From Metalysinibacillus jejuensis (lineage in GTDB: Bacteria > Bacillota > Bacilli > Bacillales_A > Planococcaceae), in NCBI RefSeq assembly GCF_003057615.1, contig NZ_QAFW01000008.1, positions 19,122-51,121 on the forward strand: a stretch of 32,000 nt of DNA, in the 5' to 3' direction. The notes beneath the pieces are model-generated. The model did no database searches, had not been told where the DNA came from, and worked only from the letters and a program-made list of their open reading frames with translations. Every line of letters starts with the position of its first letter. The first letter of the stretch is position 1. Shown here piece after piece: positions 1-9,695 of the stretch. Both the position numbers and the translations under genes were made by a program.

Positions 1-492
1 GAATTTGCGAAAGCCAACTACCGCTTCAAAACAATTCGTCTTGAACAAGACGGCAGTATGAAAGAACATATGTCTTTTCCGCAAATTGATTTTGACGAAT
101 GGTACAATACACCTTTTGAAGACAGTAGCCTATATGAAATGTTTACAGCGACAACTTGGGTATTTGTCATTTTTGCCACGAATGAGCAACAGCAGCTTTA
201 TTTTAAAGACATCGTGATTTGGCATATGCCTGAAACTATGATTACTACTACCCTTCGTGAGTTTTACCTTGCGACACAAGCTATTTTACAGCAAGGCGTT
301 GTTGTGACACCTATTAAGCGCGGCAACCGCAACAATCTACCTAACGCTAAATTTAATGGCGTGTGCCATATTCGCCCCAAAGCTCGTGATGGTAAAGACA
401 CCGTAACATTACCTTGTGGAGCAGTCATAACAAAGCAGGCGTTTTGGTTAAATAAGGAGTTTATTATAAATTTACTGAATAACAGAAATTAA
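1..492 (+). CDS. Type II restriction endonuclease, MutH/Sau3AI-like, C-terminal part (5' end lies outside the window)
   Basis: Frame 1 is open from base 1 (EFAKANYRFKTIRLEQDGS...), so the ORF is truncated by the window edge. The C-terminal stretch NGVCHIRPKARDGKDTVTLPCGAVITKQAFWLNKEFI resembles the conserved C-terminus of MutH/Sau3AI-family endonucleases. A C5 methyltransferase follows 45-54 bp downstream on the same strand. Confidence 0.55.
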   Translation, partial: EFAKANYRFKTIRLEQDGSMKEHMSFPQIDFDEWYNTPFEDSSLYEMFTATTWVFVIFATNEQQQLYFKDIVIWHMPETMITTTLREFYLATQAILQQGVVVTPIKRGNRNNLPNAKFNGVCHIRPKARDGKDTVTLPCGAVITKQAFWLNKEFIINLLNNRN

Positions 493-499
493 TTGTAAC

Positions 500-527
500 T
501 TGTTTATTTTTACTAACCTGGTATACT
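500..527 (+). promoter_or_regulatory. Putative sigma-A promoter for the methyltransferase gene
   Basis: TTGTTT (500-505), 16-nt spacer, TATACT (522-527), preceded by TG at 519-520 (extended -10). It lies in the R-M intergenic gap. Confidence 0.3.
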
Positions 528-545
528 TTTTTTGAGGTGTTATCA

Positions 546-1766
546 ATGAATGTTTTAGATTTATTTGCAGGTGCAGGAGGGTTATCTGAGGGCTTTAAAC
601 AAGCTGGTTTTAATATATCTGCTCATGTTGAGATTGACTCAAATGCATGCGATACATTACGCACTAGAGAAGCTTTTCACTATTTAAAGAGTGTTAACAA
701 GTTGTCTTTATATGAAGATTACTTGCTGAAAAAAATAAATAGAAGTGAATTATATTCGCAAGTGCCTAAATCCATACTTGATAAGGTTATTGAGGAAGAA
801 ATATCTGCTGAATCAATTCCAACAATTTTCAAAAGAATCGATACTATTCTAGGGACTGATACTATAGATATAGTAATAGGTGGACCACCCTGCCAAGCCT
901 ACTCAACAGCGGGTATTTCTAGATGTCCTAATAGGATGCAGAATGACCCACGAAACTATATGTATCTATTTTATAAGCAATTTTTAGTAGAATACCAACC
1001 AAGAATGTTCTTATTTGAGAATGTCAAAGGAATTCTTACTGCGAAAAAAGGAGAAGTTTTTAAAGATTTATTAAACGTTATTGATGAAGCAGGTTACAAT
1101 ATGGAATATAAATTATTAAATGCTAAAGAATTCGGTGTTCCTCAGAATAGAGAGCGTGTTATAATAATAGGTTGGAAAAAAGAGTATAATTTTTCATACC
1201 CTGATTTCAGTAGTAGTTCATTATTAACCGTAGAAGAAGCTCTACAAAATCTTCCAAAAGTTAAAGCGGGTGAGTCACTTACACCTACTAAAATTAAAAA
1301 AATGGGGGCTTCTAATCATCCTTCATTACAATGGATTATGAAAGATAACGTTTTTCTTACACAACACATTGCTAGACCTAACAATTCTATTGATTTAGAA
1401 ATTTACCGCCTAGTTGTTAACGCTTGGAACAACAGGAAGGAAATCCTGATGTATAATGAGATTCCTAAAAGTTTACAGAAACACAAGAATACAAAATCAT
1501 TCTTAGATAGATATAAATCGTTAAAGCCAAAACAAGTGTCTCATACAGTAGTTGCTCATATAGCCAAAGATGGTCATTATTACATACATTATGATATTCA
1601 ACAAAACCGATCTATTACAGTTAGAGAAGCAGCTAGAATACAATCTTTCCCAGATAATTTTTATTTTGAACGCTCTAGAACAGCAGCTTTTACTCAAATA
1701 GGAAATGCAGTGCCTCCGCTGATGGCCTATAAAATTGCAAAAGAGCTCACTCCACTTCTAAAATAG
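546..1766 (+). CDS. DNA (cytosine-5)-methyltransferase
   Basis: Canonical C5-MTase motifs: DLFAGAGGLSEGF (I), GGPPCQAYS (IV), ENVKGIL (VI), QNRERVIIIG (VIII), TVREAARIQSFPD, GNAVPP (X). The ORF track starts at GTG 537, but ATG 546 sits 8 nt after GAGG (534-537) and is the likelier start. Confidence 0.95.
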   Translation: MNVLDLFAGAGGLSEGFKQAGFNISAHVEIDSNACDTLRTREAFHYLKSVNKLSLYEDYLLKKINRSELYSQVPKSILDKVIEEEISAESIPTIFKRIDTILGTDTIDIVIGGPPCQAYSTAGISRCPNRMQNDPRNYMYLFYKQFLVEYQPRMFLFENVKGILTAKKGEVFKDLLNVIDEAGYNMEYKLLNAKEFGVPQNRERVIIIGWKKEYNFSYPDFSSSSLLTVEEALQNLPKVKAGESLTPTKIKKMGASNHPSLQWIMKDNVFLTQHIARPNNSIDLEIYRLVVNAWNNRKEILMYNEIPKSLQKHKNTKSFLDRYKSLKPKQVSHTVVAHIAKDGHYYIHYDIQQNRSITVREAARIQSFPDNFYFERSRTAAFTQIGNAVPPLMAYKIAKELTPLLK

Positions 1767-1783
1767 TGGAATGGGCTCTATAT

Positions 1784-3682
1784 TTATTTAGTCTTTACAT
1801 ATTCAAAAAAGCTCTTATATTCTTGGTCTTGCTCATAAATTGAAATCATACCTCTATCCAAGTATTTGTTAAATTCCTCACATGAAATTTCAGAGATATA
1901 GGCGCAGTTATGACAAGCAGCTCCATTTAAGTAGTCTCGGCCTTGCCCTCTCGACATACCCGCTTCATTACAAACTGGATCTGATGAGCACCACATGGCT
2001 GATTGAATAATTTTGTTCAAAATTCTATCTATATTTTCTTTTTTACCTAACCTTACTAGCCCCCCCATAGTGCCTTCAGAATCTCCAGCTGCAGTATAAA
2101 TTAAAAATCCACTCATTTGCTTCCCGTTGTTTTCACCACAATAGATTCTTTCTTTTAGAGAACTTGAACTATAACCCGAAGATATTACCACTTCTTGAAT
2201 AAACAAATGAGCCAAAGTATGAATCAATATGAATTTAATGTCAACTTTCTCAGACACTTCTATACCATTTGCTTTAGCATTGTTTAAACGTTTCTCTGCT
2301 TGCTGAAATCTCTTAGAATGTCTATATTTTTCTATCCACTCTAATATCAAATCTTCTCTTAATTCAATAAATATGCCTTCACCATATACTTGATAAGCTG
2401 GTAGCCAACTATGTTGCTCAGGGTTGATAAATAAATTTCTTTTACCTTCTTTAATCATTTTTTCTGGATTGTGAGCTAGATTTACAGGTGCTACTAATCT
2501 ATTAAATCCATATAAAACTCTAGTTTCAATTAGCTTGGGTATAAGGTTAACCTTAGATAACCCATACTTCCTTAAACTTTCATCGCCATTAAAATAATTA
2601 TATTCAGGTACAACCTTTAAATCTTTTTCATCTAATAATTCATTTCTCGAAAGATAAACATACTCTTCCAGTTTCAAATTGTATACTTTTTTTCTTTTCA
2701 AAACTTGATTCTCTTTGTAGATAGACAATGCTTTTAACATGAGTTCATCACTATATTTAGATAATTGCGATGAATGTCGCCTTTTTACCTCTGTTACTAT
2801 AATTTCATCTGACATCTTATATTCAGTGAAACTTTCGATGATTTCTCTAATATGTTTACTGTTGAAAAACGCCAATATTCTTTCTATATCTTGAAAGGCT
2901 ATGATAGGTAAATAAATTGCATTTAAAACTTGAGGATAATATGCATTATTTGAATTCTTTAGAATCGGCTGCGGCTTACAATTACATTCTTCTTTTTCAA
3001 TTGCCTCACCGAACCATGGCTTTCTACCACTACATGTATAGATGCTTTCCTTACCTAATGTTTGGCTTAATATCTCAGCTCCATTTGTAGTCAAACCTCG
3101 TAAACTTTTTTCTTTATGGCATTTATTGCACGCAACCTTCATTGTACTTAGAGTTGCTCCCCCAGTAGACTTCAATACTAAGTCTCCTTCACACTCACAC
3201 TCTAATTCTCCGTGTAACCACTCTCTCCAAGGAAAATCGTCTATATGACCATTTTCACAAGCTACCACTAAGGGCACTTGAATCAGCTTAGCAAACTTAT
3301 TATTACACGAAGTACATGTAATTTTACTATCCTTCTCAAAACCATTTTTTCTAGTTAAAACTCGACAACTTGAACAGTAATAATAATTAGGAAACCTTAC
3401 AAATGGTATTGTTAATTTTTCATTAGCATTTTTATTATACTTATCGTAATTTTCTCTATAGTCAGGAGGTAACCTTAATTCTTGCACATTTAATAAATGC
3501 CGTAACCTCTCTTCTTCTATCACAAACTCTGAAATATCGTCCACTTGCTTGAACCATATATCTAAAGCACCTGTCATCATATTAATTCCATCAATATTTG
3601 TATTAAGTGCTCCTACACCGTTAGGGGTAATCAATTCAGACCTTCTCAAAGGTATCACGGCTTCTTTACTTTTATAATTCAT
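1784..3682 (-). CDS. drmB: DrmB-like DUF1998 (MrfA-type zinc-binding) protein
   Basis: C-terminal cysteine cluster WCSSDPVCNE...GAACHNCAYISEISCEEFNKYLDR is typical of DUF1998. Further zinc-ribbon pairs: CSSCRV..(17)..CTSCNN and CNKCHK. The N-terminus PLRRSELITPNGVGA is DrmB-like. Preferred start is ATG 3682 (M20 of the track ORF), preceded by GAGGAGG at 9-nt spacing; it overlaps the drmA-like stop by 11 nt. Confidence 0.8.
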   Translation of the reverse strand: MNYKSKEAVIPLRRSELITPNGVGALNTNIDGINMMTGALDIWFKQVDDISEFVIEEERLRHLLNVQELRLPPDYRENYDKYNKNANEKLTIPFVRFPNYYYCSSCRVLTRKNGFEKDSKITCTSCNNKFAKLIQVPLVVACENGHIDDFPWREWLHGELECECEGDLVLKSTGGATLSTMKVACNKCHKEKSLRGLTTNGAEILSQTLGKESIYTCSGRKPWFGEAIEKEECNCKPQPILKNSNNAYYPQVLNAIYLPIIAFQDIERILAFFNSKHIREIIESFTEYKMSDEIIVTEVKRRHSSQLSKYSDELMLKALSIYKENQVLKRKKVYNLKLEEYVYLSRNELLDEKDLKVVPEYNYFNGDESLRKYGLSKVNLIPKLIETRVLYGFNRLVAPVNLAHNPEKMIKEGKRNLFINPEQHSWLPAYQVYGEGIFIELREDLILEWIEKYRHSKRFQQAEKRLNNAKANGIEVSEKVDIKFILIHTLAHLFIQEVVISSGYSSSSLKERIYCGENNGKQMSGFLIYTAAGDSEGTMGGLVRLGKKENIDRILNKIIQSAMWCSSDPVCNEAGMSRGQGRDYLNGAACHNCAYISEISCEEFNKYLDRGMISIYEQDQEYKSFFEYVKTK

Positions 3683-6600
3683 AGCTTTCTTCCTCCTCTC
3701 TTTCAAAGCTGTTCGTGATAACTCCCTTACATGTAGCATCTACATTTCTCATAGAAGTTAGTACTGGATAAGCAGTTGTTTTTAAATCTTCTGATACATA
3801 GCTTCCATATGGATACATATAGAAGTAATTGTGACTCTTCTTATTCTCTTTCCATAAACTACATTTATCACTAAGTAAGTGTTCAATAATCTCTCTAATT
3901 TTTTGAGCTGCATAGATTTTTATTTCTTCATTTTCATTAACTCTATTCACTCTAGCCATAATCTTTTTAAATATTTCTTCTGTTTCATATTTATATTTAG
4001 AAAGATATTCAGGAGATTCAGCTATGTTCATAGGAAACATTTGTCTTATCCATGCAATAATGACTCCCGGTAAAGAACGATCTATTGATGGCTCCGAAAA
4101 TGGCGTTACACTAGTAGCCTCAACTTGTCTATACAAACTTTGATGATATTCTCTAAAGTGTTCGTAATGAGACTTGTCTCGTGACATCGTAGTTTTATAT
4201 AACGTAAGAACTAAACCAGGTCTCTCATACCAAGAACGACCTACTCGACCACTTACCTGAATATATTGGGCGGTATTTTTAGGCTGACCTATTATGGTCA
4301 TAAGTGATAGCCTCTCAACATCTACCCCGACTTCTATAATATTAGAAGCTAAGCATACATCTACTACCTTTTTATCTGCAGTATGAGACACTTTTAAATC
4401 TTCTAAAGCTTTAGTAACTTCCCTGTTTTGTAATCGAGAAGTTAGTTCTTTTATAGAGTTAATATATCTATAATTTTTGATTAAAGGATGCTTTATCTTA
4501 AATTGTATGCTGTAGTTAGGCATATCGGTTTGGAATAGTGTTAAACTCCCCCCAAGCTCTCTTATACTGTTATAAAAGGCTAAAAGTGTCCAGTAGGGAT
4601 CAGGATTTTCCAAATTGGCAGCAGTTTGTAATAAAGTCGTATTGACTTTAACTTGAAGTTGCTGTGTGCCTATTACATTGCTAGCAATTCCTAAATATTT
4701 CTTACCTGGAGAAGGTCTAAACTCATCACCTTGTTTTATATAATCGACTTGAGCAAAAAAAGAATCTTTATGGGAGAGTCCGGGACTTGGGAAAATACAA
4801 ATACTTTCATTTTTTCTAGCAAATAAAGATTTTATTTGTTGCTTATATCCTGATACTGTAGCAGTAGCACAAATAATTTTTGGAAGAACTGCTTTCTGCA
4901 TTCTGTAATCTGTACACAACTCTTCTACTAGTGCTTCGTAGATGCCTACAGTAGATCCTAAAGGTCCAGATATCAAATGTAATTCATCTTGAATTATTAA
5001 ATTAGGTGGAGCAATAGAGCGTTCTCCATCTAGACCTATTCCAAAAATGTTTCGAGCTTTAGGTTCCCATGCTAACATTGCAAACTTATCTACTGTACCG
5101 ATTAAAAATGTAGGAGGATTTTCATAAATTTGTTCATCAACAATATAAAGTGGTAGCTTTTCATGAAAAGAACACTTTTTGTTAGGACAATGGATAATTA
5201 ACCCTTTATTATTTCTATTTCTCCTATTTGAATCAATTTTATAACCTGCAATTTCCCACTGCTTATTACCCTTCACTACTTTATTAGTAGGGTATCGTTT
5301 CATCTCGCAGCGGCATAGCGGACAATGATTAACAACAAATTCATTTTTAGAATCGCCTGATTTTTTCCAGTCTTTATACTGTTGAATTGCTCTTTCATTT
5401 TTATTAGGTGTATTCTGAGCGCCGACCCATAAACCTATAGAAATTTCATTATTCCCAAAGATTGTTATATTTGCTCTTCTAATTAGTTCTAAGGCACAAA
5501 TAAGTCTTGCAGAACGCTGGAACTGATCAGCAGTGAGTAACCTTAAAGTGTATCTCATAATAATATCTGTTCCATTGTCCTCTTTATCTTTTATCCTTCT
5601 ATATAAAATAGAGAATGCCGCCACACCTAAATATGCTTCGGTTTTTCCTCCTCCGGTAGGGAACCATATTAAATCCACTATTTCTCGCTCGTTAAAATCT
5701 TTAGTAACATCTACCGTAAGTGCAGGTAAACTAATTAGTATAAAAGCAATTTGGAAGGCTCTCCAATTTCCTTTTCCACTACTTAAATATAAATCCCTCA
5801 TTTTTTCTATACTAGGCAAATCTAGAAGTGTTTTACTATCTAAATCAAAATCAATATTTCCGTTAACTTCTTTCATTGCTTGAGGTTCTCCACCTGTTAA
5901 TTGTTGCAAGAACATAGCAGTATTTGTATATTTAAAAGCATTAAAAATATCTTCATTATGCAATAAATCTATACCTTTTTTCATCCTAGTAAGAGAGTAT
6001 TGACATGCTTTTAGGTGTTTTTCAGCAATTGTATGTAAAGCGATGGGGTAGGTTTTTATTTTCTTATTTCTCTCTTGTATCCAGCTAGAATAACTGTCTA
6101 CAATCTTCTCTAGTTCCGCCCTCACCTCATGCTTATTTCCACTAGATAAATTAACCATAGATATTTTTAATAGTTCACCATTTATATCTTTTATATCAGG
6201 TGTTAAATTAGTTGTTTCATGTTCAGGAAGGTATGTTGTTTCTATGATACTAGCATTTTCATTCCAATTAACCGAACAACCATGTCCTAACGCGTAGGTT
6301 TTCGCATCATAATATAAAAGCTCATCACTAAGCTCTTCTTCAGTTTTAGATGAAAAATTCATAAGTACATTCGGGTACGGTTCAAATATACTTTGATCAT
6401 GATAGCTAACTTGTAATTTTGTTTGAAACAAAGTATTTTTGAAGTAAATTTCTTCTCCAGTGGATTGGTTAGTTAAACTTGCCGTTATAAAGTACCCATT
6501 ATTATCAATCTTATCAATCTGTCGGATATTAATTAATAAGGCCAAAGTTAATGTTTTATGTTTAAAAGTTTTAACATAAACACATTTTTCAGGGTTAGTA

Positions 6601-7232
6601 ATTATATTTTCGGCAACAAACTCTATATTTTCTCTTGCCCACCATTTTGTTTTAAAAGGAGGTTGTTTCTCTTCCCCGTTTCGCTTTAGACTAACATCAA
6701 AACCCCTATATACCCCTCCACTAATTTTAAAATTCAAACTCTTTAGTCTATCTTTATTTTGAACAAAAAAAGTGAAAGCTAAACTAGAAGAAACTTTATC
6801 ACTCATCGGATATTCTAAAGGCTCTTCTTCTCTACTGTTGCGCTTTTCGATTTCTTCGATATCTTTATTAGCTGTAAACAGTCTTTCTGCTTCGTCATTT
6901 AGAAGTTGCATATCCTCTTCTATAGCTTCAGTACCATCTACACTTTGGTTTGTCGCATAAGTCTTATCGTTAGGAAAAATCATACCTACAGAGTATTGAG
7001 TAATTGGTGTATTATTGTTACTTATTATTTCCTCTTTGGTTGCTGCATTATAGTAAAACGTGTTGCTTCTTAATTCTTTAGCATCGTAAATAATCTCATT
7101 ATTATCTTTATAGTTGATATTAATAGGAATCATGGTTTCAGTATCTGTTTTAATAGGACCTACTAACTCTTGCTTTAACATATCTATAATTAATTCACGA
7201 TTTAAAAGGTTTTCCTCTAACTTCTTATTCAC
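3672..7232 (-). CDS. drmA: DrmA-like superfamily-2 DExH helicase (1186 aa)
   Basis: Helicase motifs FPTGGGKTEAYLG (Walker A), IIQDELHLISGPLG (DExH), CATAT (III) and QVSGRVGRS (VI). A Cys-rich insertion HCPLCRC...HCPNKKC is present. A roughly 500-aa N-terminal region has no recognisable motif. It lies immediately upstream of, and overlaps, the DUF1998 gene, as in DISARM drmA-drmB. GTG start overlaps the upstream stop by 8 nt. Confidence 0.8.
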   Translation of the reverse strand: MNKKLEENLLNRELIIDMLKQELVGPIKTDTETMIPININYKDNNEIIYDAKELRSNTFYYNAATKEEIISNNNTPITQYSVGMIFPNDKTYATNQSVDGTEAIEEDMQLLNDEAERLFTANKDIEEIEKRNSREEEPLEYPMSDKVSSSLAFTFFVQNKDRLKSLNFKISGGVYRGFDVSLKRNGEEKQPPFKTKWWARENIEFVAENIITNPEKCVYVKTFKHKTLTLALLINIRQIDKIDNNGYFITASLTNQSTGEEIYFKNTLFQTKLQVSYHDQSIFEPYPNVLMNFSSKTEEELSDELLYYDAKTYALGHGCSVNWNENASIIETTYLPEHETTNLTPDIKDINGELLKISMVNLSSGNKHEVRAELEKIVDSYSSWIQERNKKIKTYPIALHTIAEKHLKACQYSLTRMKKGIDLLHNEDIFNAFKYTNTAMFLQQLTGGEPQAMKEVNGNIDFDLDSKTLLDLPSIEKMRDLYLSSGKGNWRAFQIAFILISLPALTVDVTKDFNEREIVDLIWFPTGGGKTEAYLGVAAFSILYRRIKDKEDNGTDIIMRYTLRLLTADQFQRSARLICALELIRRANITIFGNNEISIGLWVGAQNTPNKNERAIQQYKDWKKSGDSKNEFVVNHCPLCRCEMKRYPTNKVVKGNKQWEIAGYKIDSNRRNRNNKGLIIHCPNKKCSFHEKLPLYIVDEQIYENPPTFLIGTVDKFAMLAWEPKARNIFGIGLDGERSIAPPNLIIQDELHLISGPLGSTVGIYEALVEELCTDYRMQKAVLPKIICATATVSGYKQQIKSLFARKNESICIFPSPGLSHKDSFFAQVDYIKQGDEFRPSPGKKYLGIASNVIGTQQLQVKVNTTLLQTAANLENPDPYWTLLAFYNSIRELGGSLTLFQTDMPNYSIQFKIKHPLIKNYRYINSIKELTSRLQNREVTKALEDLKVSHTADKKVVDVCLASNIIEVGVDVERLSLMTIIGQPKNTAQYIQVSGRVGRSWYERPGLVLTLYKTTMSRDKSHYEHFREYHQSLYRQVEATSVTPFSEPSIDRSLPGVIIAWIRQMFPMNIAESPEYLSKYKYETEEIFKKIMARVNRVNENEEIKIYAAQKIREIIEHLLSDKCSLWKENKKSHNYFYMYPYGSYVSEDLKTTAYPVLTSMRNVDATCKGVITNSFEREEEESYEL

Positions 7233-8784
7233 AGTCTCCTTCTACCTCTTCTCTATTAAAATAAATTAACGTCCCTACCCTACTAAGAGGAACTTGATAA
7301 ACTTTGCTGGATATTCTTTTAACTTTGTAAATATTTACTTTAAACATTTCTAGTTGCGGAATATACATATATCCTTTGCTTTCTAACTGCTCAGTTATTT
7401 CAGGATTATTTTTTAATTCTTTTCTAAGCTCTGACCTCACTTGCCGTCCTAGTTGATTGTGATACTTTGTAAGATTATCACTAACCTTTTTAAACTTAAG
7501 AGCCTCACTTTTACTTTTAGTAAAAAATTCTAATAGCTTTAAAAAATCATTGTTATTTTGCAGTTTAAAAGTCTCTTTTTTAGTCAATCCTACTAATTGA
7601 TAAGTTTTCAAATTTAGATTAAGTCTTTTATTGATGTAATTCGTATACTCATCAGGTCCATATTTCATCAATAATTGTGATAAGTATTTTTTAAATTTTT
7701 CAAGACGCTTTCTATCATCCTTTATTCCTTTATCCTCAAAATATTGATCTGCTAGTCTTTTTCTATCTTCCCATCTATTGAAATCCATAGAGATAATAAA
7801 ATCATTAGTATTAATTTCATTAATATGCTTTCTTGCATAGATATATTCTGAATTTAATACATCACACTTGGCTTTTTCACCTACATCTTCAAAAATAAAA
7901 CCACCCTCTTCTAATTCAATTAATCTGCAAGGAAGCATACTTTGTTGCAAGTCTCTCTCTCTTCCAATTAATAGAGGCACAAGTAGTTCAGGAAACTCAT
8001 CTTCTACTAAAAAAGTTTTTTCCGTAGAGGATGTTTCAATAGGTAATTTTTTAATACTTGGAATTTTAACAGTTTGGATATTCCATATGAAATCCTTGTC
8101 GATATTTTTGACTCTAGGGCTCTCAATCCAAGGAACATATTCTAATCTTCCATAAAAACAATTAAAGTAAATGAAATAAAAATTATCAGCATTTAGATAT
8201 TGGAACGAGTCTATAGAAAAGAGCGATGGAGTGCCGAGAAAAATTACATTATCATACATTTTTATATCTCGGGTAAAATCTCTAAATGTTATAAACTCTA
8301 ACAGATGATGTGGATAAAAATCTGCAATTTTACTTTCCACTTTTTCTTGAAGTGGTTTTTTTGTAACAATTACATATTTACGTGATGTATATTTAATGAT
8401 TTCTTTTAGAGCTTTATTATAAGGATGATAGGATAGCTTTAATATATAGTTTATATATTGTTCTATATTGCTATAGGTATTCCAAGTACCTAAATATTTT
8501 TCACAAATGCCCTTTAACTTTTGGATATAGTGACTCAATTCTTGTTCATGTTCCAAGGAAAACACAAGAGGCTCGGTTCCATAGGAAAAAAGAAATTTCT
8601 TAATTTCGTAATCTAATAATAGGATGTTTTCATGATTAATATTCTCTCCTAAATCTTTTCTTATAGTTGCAGCAATGTTCATTAAGTTCTTATAAGGAGA
8701 AAATTCGATTTCCACACCTGTATAGGTTGGCTTCCTAAGCTTAATAACTTTATAAATTTGATTAAATTCATCGATTGCAATCAT
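7225..8784 (-). CDS. Hypothetical protein (about 519 aa), third gene of the DrmAB-containing operon; possible DrmE-like C-terminal part
   Basis: Long uninterrupted ORF. ATG 8784 is preceded by GGGAGGTGG and forms an ATGA start/stop overlap with the upstream gene. No catalytic motif recognised by eye. Confidence 0.7.
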   Translation of the reverse strand: MIAIDEFNQIYKVIKLRKPTYTGVEIEFSPYKNLMNIAATIRKDLGENINHENILLLDYEIKKFLFSYGTEPLVFSLEHEQELSHYIQKLKGICEKYLGTWNTYSNIEQYINYILKLSYHPYNKALKEIIKYTSRKYVIVTKKPLQEKVESKIADFYPHHLLEFITFRDFTRDIKMYDNVIFLGTPSLFSIDSFQYLNADNFYFIYFNCFYGRLEYVPWIESPRVKNIDKDFIWNIQTVKIPSIKKLPIETSSTEKTFLVEDEFPELLVPLLIGRERDLQQSMLPCRLIELEEGGFIFEDVGEKAKCDVLNSEYIYARKHINEINTNDFIISMDFNRWEDRKRLADQYFEDKGIKDDRKRLEKFKKYLSQLLMKYGPDEYTNYINKRLNLNLKTYQLVGLTKKETFKLQNNNDFLKLLEFFTKSKSEALKFKKVSDNLTKYHNQLGRQVRSELRKELKNNPEITEQLESKGYMYIPQLEMFKVNIYKVKRISSKVYQVPLSRVGTLIYFNREEVEGDCE

Positions 8785-9695
8785 CTTTCCACCTCCCAAG
8801 TTGCATAACTTATGTATTTCGGTATTGTTATATTAATGAGATTTGAAGTTAATATAGAGCTTTCTACATTACTATCTAAGTAATCTACTATATCTACTAG
8901 ACTCTCTGTTTCATTTATATTTGACATATTAGGACTGTATAAAATAACAGAAGAATAATTAGCTAACTCCGGATAAAAGTAATAGTAAGCGTCTAAGTCT
9001 GCGTAAATGATTATAGTATTATGAGGTAATTCATTTAACTCTAGTTGACTTTGAGAGGAATAAATATCTGTAAGATAGTAAGATTGTTTTGGAAGAAAAG
9101 AGTGCAAAAGTAACCACGAGCTTAACTCTAAATTATCTATTTTTAAGTTGGCTTCTCTTTCAATCCTTTTTTTATTTCCTATAATAACTATTTTGTGGCT
9201 ATTTAGCCTTGCTATTTTATCTACTTCTTCACTATAAAATTTTTTAATTAATTCTAGTTCTTTGTTTTGAAGAGCTCTAGCTTTAGTATAATTAATATTT
9301 TCATTTGCTATTCTTATTTTTTCTCTCCATAGTTTTCCTACTGTAATCTTTGTAGGATTTTTTTTCATATCTTCAATTTGAATTTTATCTCCAATTTGTT
9401 GAAGAAATTTATAAGGTTGCTCTTTTTCATTTTTTAACGATTTATAGTAAACTACTGTTTCATTTGGTACTAATTTGTCTAAAATATCTTCACTCTCAAT
9501 TTTATTACTATATATCTCATCTGCTATACCTAACGCAATAAAATAATAAAGATAGTTTGAATAGGGCACATGTAATATTATATTATGGACTTTTTCATCG
9601 TTAATTACTTCTTTGCCATAGATTCTTCCCAACTGTAAATAAAAACTTCCCCAATTCATAGAGGACGAAATATTTTCAATATCTTTAAAATACAT
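8781..9695 (-). CDS. Hypothetical protein (about 304 aa), first gene of the DrmAB-containing operon
   Basis: Long ORF. ATG 9695 lies downstream of an AGAAAGAAGTGGGTG SD-like stretch; the ORF track starts at GTG 9707. No recognisable motif. Its stop overlaps the next start (ATGA). Confidence 0.65.
   Translation of the reverse strand: MYFKDIENISSSMNWGSFYLQLGRIYGKEVINDEKVHNIILHVPYSNYLYYFIALGIADEIYSNKIESEDILDKLVPNETVVYYKSLKNEKEQPYKFLQQIGDKIQIEDMKKNPTKITVGKLWREKIRIANENINYTKARALQNKELELIKKFYSEEVDKIARLNSHKIVIIGNKKRIEREANLKIDNLELSSWLLLHSFLPKQSYYLTDIYSSQSQLELNELPHNTIIIYADLDAYYYFYPELANYSSVILYSPNMSNINETESLVDIVDYLDSNVESSILTSNLINITIPKYISYATWEVER

Noticed and set aside
3042-8155. Plus-strand ORFs of 62-116 aa (3042..3248, 3879..4073, 5533..5883, 6772..6960, 7868..8155) inside the drmA/drmB-like and partner genes
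   Set aside because: They lie entirely antisense to long, motif-supported genes. Their translations are low-complexity and Ser/Leu/Phe/Ile-rich, as expected from the reverse strand of AT-rich coding DNA. No RBS is evident.
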